Below, one piece after another: positions 57,672 to 64,000 of a DNA stretch of 64,000 bases. Under the pieces are notes generated by a model. The model had not been told where the DNA came from, did no database searches, and saw only the letters and a list, made by a program, of their open reading frames with translations. The stretch comes from Eledone cirrhosa (taxonomy: Eukaryota): assembly GCA_964016885.1 (NCBI GenBank), contig OZ024740.1:160518001-160582000 (forward strand), in the 5' to 3' direction. The first letter of the stretch is position 1. Every line of letters begins with the position of its first letter. Made by a program: the position numbers and the translations under genes.

Positions 57672-59562
57672 AAGAATGAAGAGTAACATGGTTGACTGTA
57701 CAATAAGGGGTTTATTTCAAATACTGACAATTGTTTCATTGATCAGGTGAGTCTAGAGGTCGCTAATCGCTTGAAGTTGCGTCACTCGATCTCCAATACA
57801 TTATTTACCTCTGATCAACACATCAGAGTACGTAGATATAAAAATATTCAACCCCTCTATAAAAACTAAACTACCTTCTACATTATTTAAACTAATAGAC
57901 AAGCACTTCCCTACACTACACAAATACCATAGAATCTTTAATAGAAAAACTATAAAACTATCTTACTCTCCTGCAGCCAACATAGAATCACACATACGTA
58001 AAATCAACCACAAAAATATCTCTAAAGAAATTAACCTACCAACATACACCATAGCACCAAATACAAAACGCAAACACATCACAACATCACAACCACAAAC
58101 ACATCAGAGCGCATCACAACAAAACACTAATAGGCCTAAATCGCAACCCACCCACAACAACTTACAAAACCGCAACGGAGAACCTGCACACAGAAAAACC
58201 TCAAATTGTAATTGCCACCTACCGGATAAGTGCCCACTACAAAATAGATGCCTGGATTCGAGTATGGTGTACCTGTGTACTGTAAATTCAGGCAACTCTA
58301 CTTGGCACTACATAGGTTTCACGGCTGGGGAGTTCAAGAAAAGGTGGTGCGCTCACAAACACTCCATGAAGAACCGTATACTGGAGAACTCTACGACGCT
58401 CGCCAATAAAATCTGGCAGCTTAAAAACAAAAACGAAGAATATAAGATTAGCTGGTCAAAATTATCGGTAGCTAGGGCCTACAGCAACGGAATGTCCCAC
58501 TGTGGACTTTGTAATTTAGAACTACTCCATATTTTAAGGTACGATAAGATGCTTCTTAACAGCAAAATAGAAAGATCAATTTTCTGTAGGCATAAAATAG
58601 CTACCAGATTCACAAACTCCAAACCACCATAATTCGAACCAGCAATCCCAAAATTAGAACTGAACCACCTAGATTTTAGCATATAGAATACATACCATCA
58701 CACTGCTATTATCTGTCAACCGGCCAACTGGTCATTGGATCATAAATCTCTGAACTTCTCTTTCACCCTCTTTCCCTGAAACAGCACCAATCAGCAAAAC
58801 ATTTACCACATACGTTTGTCAAACTTCCCTTCATAATCCACCCCTAGCCCTTAAATCTCATACTTGTATCCCCCAATTAATCTCTAATTTATTGCTTTTT
58901 CTTTTTTCTTTTATCTGTCACTACATCAGACTTCCTACACGTATCTATGTATAATTCGAATTTGGCTTTTCATGTTAGCACTAAACCCACCAAAGAATCC
59001 TTATAAGAACACTTACTCACCAACACCAAAAAATACTCTGTACTTACATGCTCTCACTTATCCTTATTTATTTCTTTATATTTTCCATTTTCTTATTTTC
59101 TTACTTTTTTAATGTATCCTATCTTATCTTTTACTTGTTACATCTGTAACTTCTCTACCTATTTACCATATATATTTTATTATTGATGTTATTGTTTTGA
59201 TTATACGCTATTCTTCTATATATGTCTTGCCTCGAGTTAATTATTTTTATATCTACGTACTCTGATGTGTTGGAGATTGAGTGACGCAACTTCAAGCGAT
59301 TAGCGACCTCTAGACTCACCTGATCAATGAAACAATTGTCAGTACTTGAAATAAAGCCCCTTATTGTACAGCCAACCATGTTACTCTTCATTCTTTCACT
59401 ATTATTACTCCATGTATAACCTGCATAGGAATTACTGCGAACTCGCTGCATAACTATGGAAACATCTTGTTGAGTAAAACGAAACCGTACGTTAAAACTA
59501 TCCACGACGCAGAGTACTCACAACCTCTAACTGGATTACCTATAACGATAACATGTTATTCC
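57668..59562 (+). mobile_element. Naiad-type Penelope-like 3' fragment with inverted 5' pLTR and 3' tail
   Basis: Open frame ~57846-58632 homologous to ORF 31183-32379 (ends CRHKIATRFTNSKPP); 57668-57845 inverted at 59244-59401; (TA)n flanks. Confidence 0.92.
57722..57831 (-). ncRNA. Hammerhead motif with extended stem II (variant core CUGAUGU)
   Basis: gtact-CTGATGT-gttgatcag...ctgatcaat-GAAAC-aatt-GTC-agta; sister copy 59257-59345 has perfect stem I but lacks ~22 nt of stem II. Confidence 0.65.
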
Positions 59563-60070
59563 ATATATATATATATATAGTTATACTTTGGGAGGATCAT
59601 GCTGCCAATAAAAGTATAAAAATATCTGTTTCAACACACGTTTTCAGATAAGAAATCTTGCAAAAACAAAGTATATATATATCCTTTGTTCTGTCGTCAA
59701 AGACCATTAACTTGCAGACCCCTGCAAGTGGAATTTGTCGATCTTGGATTTGCAGAAACCTAGCGTGGATGTTGTGTGTTGTATGTGGTGTATATCGTAT
59801 GCTATACGATATGCATTGTATATTGCATTCTGTCTCCACGCTATGTCCAGGTCAGTCTAAAATCTTTTCATGAGTCCAACCATTTTCGTTGCTATGGCAA
59901 TGCGGCTGGACTGCCGATCGCTATATTTGATTTGCTAAGCTGTCTAAACGTATTGTTATTACTCTGGGGTACTATTCCCTATTGAGTTCTAAAGCTACAT
60001 ACCGAATTTGCATTCGTTAGCTTGGCCGCAACCTAAAGCTTCGTTAATGCTGTACTAAAATTTGTATGTA

Positions 60071-60117
<47 letters not shown>

Positions 60118-61259
60118 CGATATTATGGTGACGAATTTGACTGAGCCTTTAGAACACTGGATGAATTGATTTGCAGTATTTTTTCCACCTTTCTGCATGC
60201 TGAGTTCGAATCCCATAGAGGTCATTTTGGCCTTTCATTTATTTCCTATCCTTTTCTTGGTCCTTACAACACAACATCTAAATAGCCAACCATTCCTGAT
60301 TCCCAACCATCTAACAGTTATTCCTCCACCGAATCCAACCTACTGCTTCTTTATGCCAATCAACTCAACAATCTTTTACTTTTTACTGTTTTTATTTATT
60401 ACTCTGTGGTCATGCTTGGGCACCATCTTGGTTTTAGGCAATCATATCAACTCTAGTGTTTATTTTTTAAAAAGTCTAATACTTATTTTAATGATCTCTT
60501 TTTATCATTCTGCTATGTTATGGGACATACACGTGGATATGGTCTCAAACATAAAGATAGACACATACACACTTATATATAATTGAAATATAGTCATCCC
60601 AATAAAAATTAATATAGTAATACTCCTAACTGATCCATATAAAAAATAGCTGAGAAGATTGAGAAAACTTCTGGAGATGGAAAAAGTTGACATCAATATA
60701 AATGTATATCAATATATGTCTTTGAGGAAGACAGTGAGATGGATTAAAGATTTTGAGAGTATAAATAGGTGGTGACGTAACCACTACTTATTAGCCAATA
60801 TATCAATTTAGATCAATCAACCCTTTGTAACAATCATAAAACAATGAACTAATTAAGAACATATCTTCGAATTTTGTTTTATTTTTATTGTTTAATACAC
60901 ACATATATATATAAATGACTCTGTAGCTAGTGCAGAATCTTTGAGGGAACCATATGTGATGAGAACCTACGAGAAAAACTATAGCCCTTACCACATAATT
61001 TCGTTGAAACCATCTCTTCAAGGCTACATTGAGTTCTAACAATGTTATTGCCTCACCATAAACAGGTGGATACCAGTGTGTATATATATATATATATATA
61101 GGTAGAACACTGGTGGGTTATATCCGTAGTAGTAGAGCACTCAGTCAATGGGACAAGATTGGTAGTAGTAGTTCCACACCAATTAATACACCATTTCTGA
61201 CAACAATTGTTTCACCTTAGTTGGATCATCAGCTTGGTCTAAATTTTGTATATATATAG

Positions 61260-61579
61260 ATGAGTTGAGAGAGAAACTGTTTATAAGAGGGATAAGTTGT
61301 AATGTGCGGGAGAGAAGACTGTGATGGTATGGACATGTGATGCGCATGGAGGATGACCGCTGGGTAAAGAAGTGCCAAGAAATCCCAGTAGAAGGAAGAC
61401 GCAGTATAGGAAGACCATGAAAAACATGGGCGGAGGTGGTGAGAGCAGACCTCAGATCGATGAAGCTCACAGAGGAGATGATGAAGGACCGTGACAAGGG
61501 GACAGATGCTGTGCTGAATAGGACCCGTCCCACCCTTGCAAGCAGGGAAAAGCAGACATAAAATGATGATGATGATGAT
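61260..61579 (+). mobile_element. 3' fragment of second RTE family (probable donor of the SINE 3' end)
   Basis: [37 protein letters not shown]...GRP.KTW...RTRPTLASREKQT* then (GAT)n. Confidence 0.9.
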
Positions 61580-61629
61580 ATATATATATATACAAGGTTT
61601 GGTTAAATTCATAACATTTTTATCTGTCG

Positions 61630-61755
61630 ATTACACATTTTTCACTGAGAAAGTTATTACTATGTCAGCTCGTCAGTTCAATCCATAACAAGTATATTTA
61701 ATTGATGAGCTGACATAGTTATATCATCCATCCTCAGTGAAGCACACGTATTCAA
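61630..61755. repeat. Small fold-back with two decayed hammerheads
   Basis: Minus: CTGACGA-gctga...tcagt-GAAA; plus: TTGATGA-gctga...tcagt-GAAGC-acac-GTA. Confidence 0.6.
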
Positions 61756-61877
61756 CATGAAAATGTGATGAATTTAATCAATTTTGTATGTTACAACTCA
61801 ATTCTCAGACTTAATGCTCTGCCAAATTTGGATATATTTTTTATGAAATTAACTACATCATATATATATATATATAT

Positions 61878-62222
61878 CATCACCATCACCTTTTTACGTC
61901 CATTCTTTCACACTAGCATGGGTTAGATGAGTTGTCCTGTTGCTCAAGCATGGGTTAGATGACTTGTCCTGTTGCTCATATAGAATTGATTTTGGCTTGA
62001 TTTCTCTCGTAATTGGGAAATCAAACTTTATTATTACCACCCTCATCATAACCACCATTACCATCACTACTACTACCACCATCACCACCACCACTACTAC
62101 TACTACTACTACCTACTTCATTTTCACTGAGTACTGGGTGCTTTTTATCGTGGTGCCTACATGACCACTTTACAATGTGGACTGGGTGCGTTTTTATCAT
62201 GACATCTATATGACCACTTTAG
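61878..62222 (-). mobile_element. RTE-tail SINE-like fragment carrying a templated inverted insertion
   Basis: Homologous to 23298-23497 and 42820-43148; 62001-62113 replaced by reverse complement of 62633-62745. Confidence 0.75.
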
Positions 62223-64000
62223 CCAAGGAAGTCGGGTCTTCTGTATTACTGTGTAATGCCAGAGGTCTCAGTCCTGTGTCACACACACACATATACATAT
62301 ATACACACACACACACACAAATATACATATATACACACCCACACACACACACATATACATATATATACACACACACACACACACATACAAAGGGCTTCCA
62401 CACTTTTCGGCTACCAAACTCTACTCACAAAATATTGTTCAAACTGAGACAATTGCAGAAAAACACTTGCTCAAGGTGCTACTCAGCATAAGAGAATGTA
62501 AAAACATGTGGCTGCTGAGCATTGTGCCAATAGTTTATTTTTATATTTTCAATCAATTTATCATATTGGTGTTTTCTCTCTTGTTTGTTGTCTTTATATT
62601 TTAACATCCTTAGTAGTAGTAGTAGTGGTGATGGTAGTAGTAGTAGTAGTAGTGGTGGTGGTGATGGTGGTAGTAGTAGTGATGGTAATGGTGGTTATGA
62701 TGAGGGTGGTAATAATAAAGTTTGATTTCCCAATTACGAGAGAAAAAAAGAATAACACATGCTTTTAGAAATTTACTCTAACAAATATCATGGGAGCTTT
62801 AAAGTATTCAGACCTCTGAAGATAAATCATTGAACATTGACTGACTCCAATCATTTTGTTCTTATTGCTCTTGTCTTTGTCCTTAATTAATTAAAAGTCA
62901 CTAGTTATAATTAATCAGAAATTGAAACTAGAATTAGTCTTAAAAGATTTTCAAATTTTTGGCATAAAAATTTTTTTTTATTTCTAAATATCGCCTCTCC
63001 ATTCATCTTTGTTGTTCTAAAAAATGCCAAATGTAATGGAAGTCGAAGTTTTATTTTCTTCAACTGCGTGTGCTCTTTTTCTTGCTGTGTCTCTTTTTTT
63101 AATGTATTTAACAGTTGACTAAGACAAATTGTTAACAGCTTCAAGAGCATTTATTACAACTTTCAGGAAAGTTCTTATTTTAATCCAGTCATTGTTTGAA
63201 AGTTCCATGTATGAGTTATTGTTTTTGCTAGATTTTATTTTTTTTATCAAACATTTAATTGAAAGATGTTTCTCATTGGCAAAGTCATTAAAGCTTTAGG
63301 CAAAATGCCTTATTGTATTTAAAGATGGCCTTTTATGTTTAGAGTTCAAATCCTAATGTCATATTATGGGCTTAATAAAATAAGTACTAGTGAAGTACAG
63401 GAGCTGATGTAGTTGAGTGTTATCTATCTCGCAAATCTTTAATTTTATACCTATATTAGAAATTATTATTATTTAATTTTGTGGTGTATGGATTCGTTTT
63501 GCATTGGTTTCTCAACATTTTAGATTTTACCACGATTTATCCAATGATAAATGTTTTGTATTATTTGTAAATAGATTATTAGCTACTTTAAAATCATTTA
63601 ATTCATTACAACTTTCTGGAAAATGCTAATTATATAATAATCAGTTTTCAAATTCGATGTGGGAGAAAATGTTGCCTATTTTGGGTAGGGCAGGGTGAAT
63701 TTTATTGAAAGGATATTCCTCACTGGAGTTATGTTGGCAGATTTCTTAGAGATCATTGGACAAAATGCTTTTGGTCTTTGCTACAACCCATAATGTTTTC
63801 ACTGGCAATTCTGCAGATGTTGACTTTGTTTTACATCATTCTAGAATCGAGGAAATAAGTATCATTCAAATATTGTGCTTGATATCAAGATTTCCCAATA
63901 TAAGAAAAAAGTATAAACTTTTGAACATTACTCTAACATAGTATGGGCTTAAAGTATTCAGAAATCCTACAATAAATCATACCTTATTTATTGTATTTAG

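Noticed and set aside
58633-59330. SECIS element / selenoprotein recoding, as reported for some Naiad PLEs
   Set aside because: No in-frame TGA in either visible endonuclease ORF; the GTGAcgc...gcGAT hairpin has far too short a helix for a SECIS
62911-63240. hAT-transposase-like peptide (LSNNDWIKIRTFLKVV) on minus strand
   Set aside because: Too short and interrupted; no TIR or catalytic motif seen

Overview
AT-rich, repeat-saturated animal genomic DNA with no confidently identifiable host gene or structural RNA gene. It is intergenic or deep intronic, and the SINE/LINE repertoire plus extreme (TA)n content suggest an octopod cephalopod (inference). Large (TA)n/(CA)n/(CATA)n/(TAA)n microsatellites generate most of the long ORFs in the track, which are spurious. 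Real coding remnants are all transposon-derived. They comprise several RTE-clade LINE families (one near full length at ~49.5-53.3 kb with a PHD-like finger), two R4/Dong-like RLE retrotransposons sitting in different microsatellites ((TAA)n and (TACA)n), five Penelope-like (GIY-YIG) fragments of three families, and a mariner relic. Non-coding repeats include three TTAA-flanked piggyBac-type MITEs and several tRNA-derived SINE families. The most notable signal is non-coding: about a dozen type I hammerhead ribozyme (HHR) motifs. Many lie in ORF-less fold-back mini-elements embedded in (TA)n, and several have a greatly enlarged, structured stem II. All calls come from reading the sequence by eye, and boundaries are approximate.
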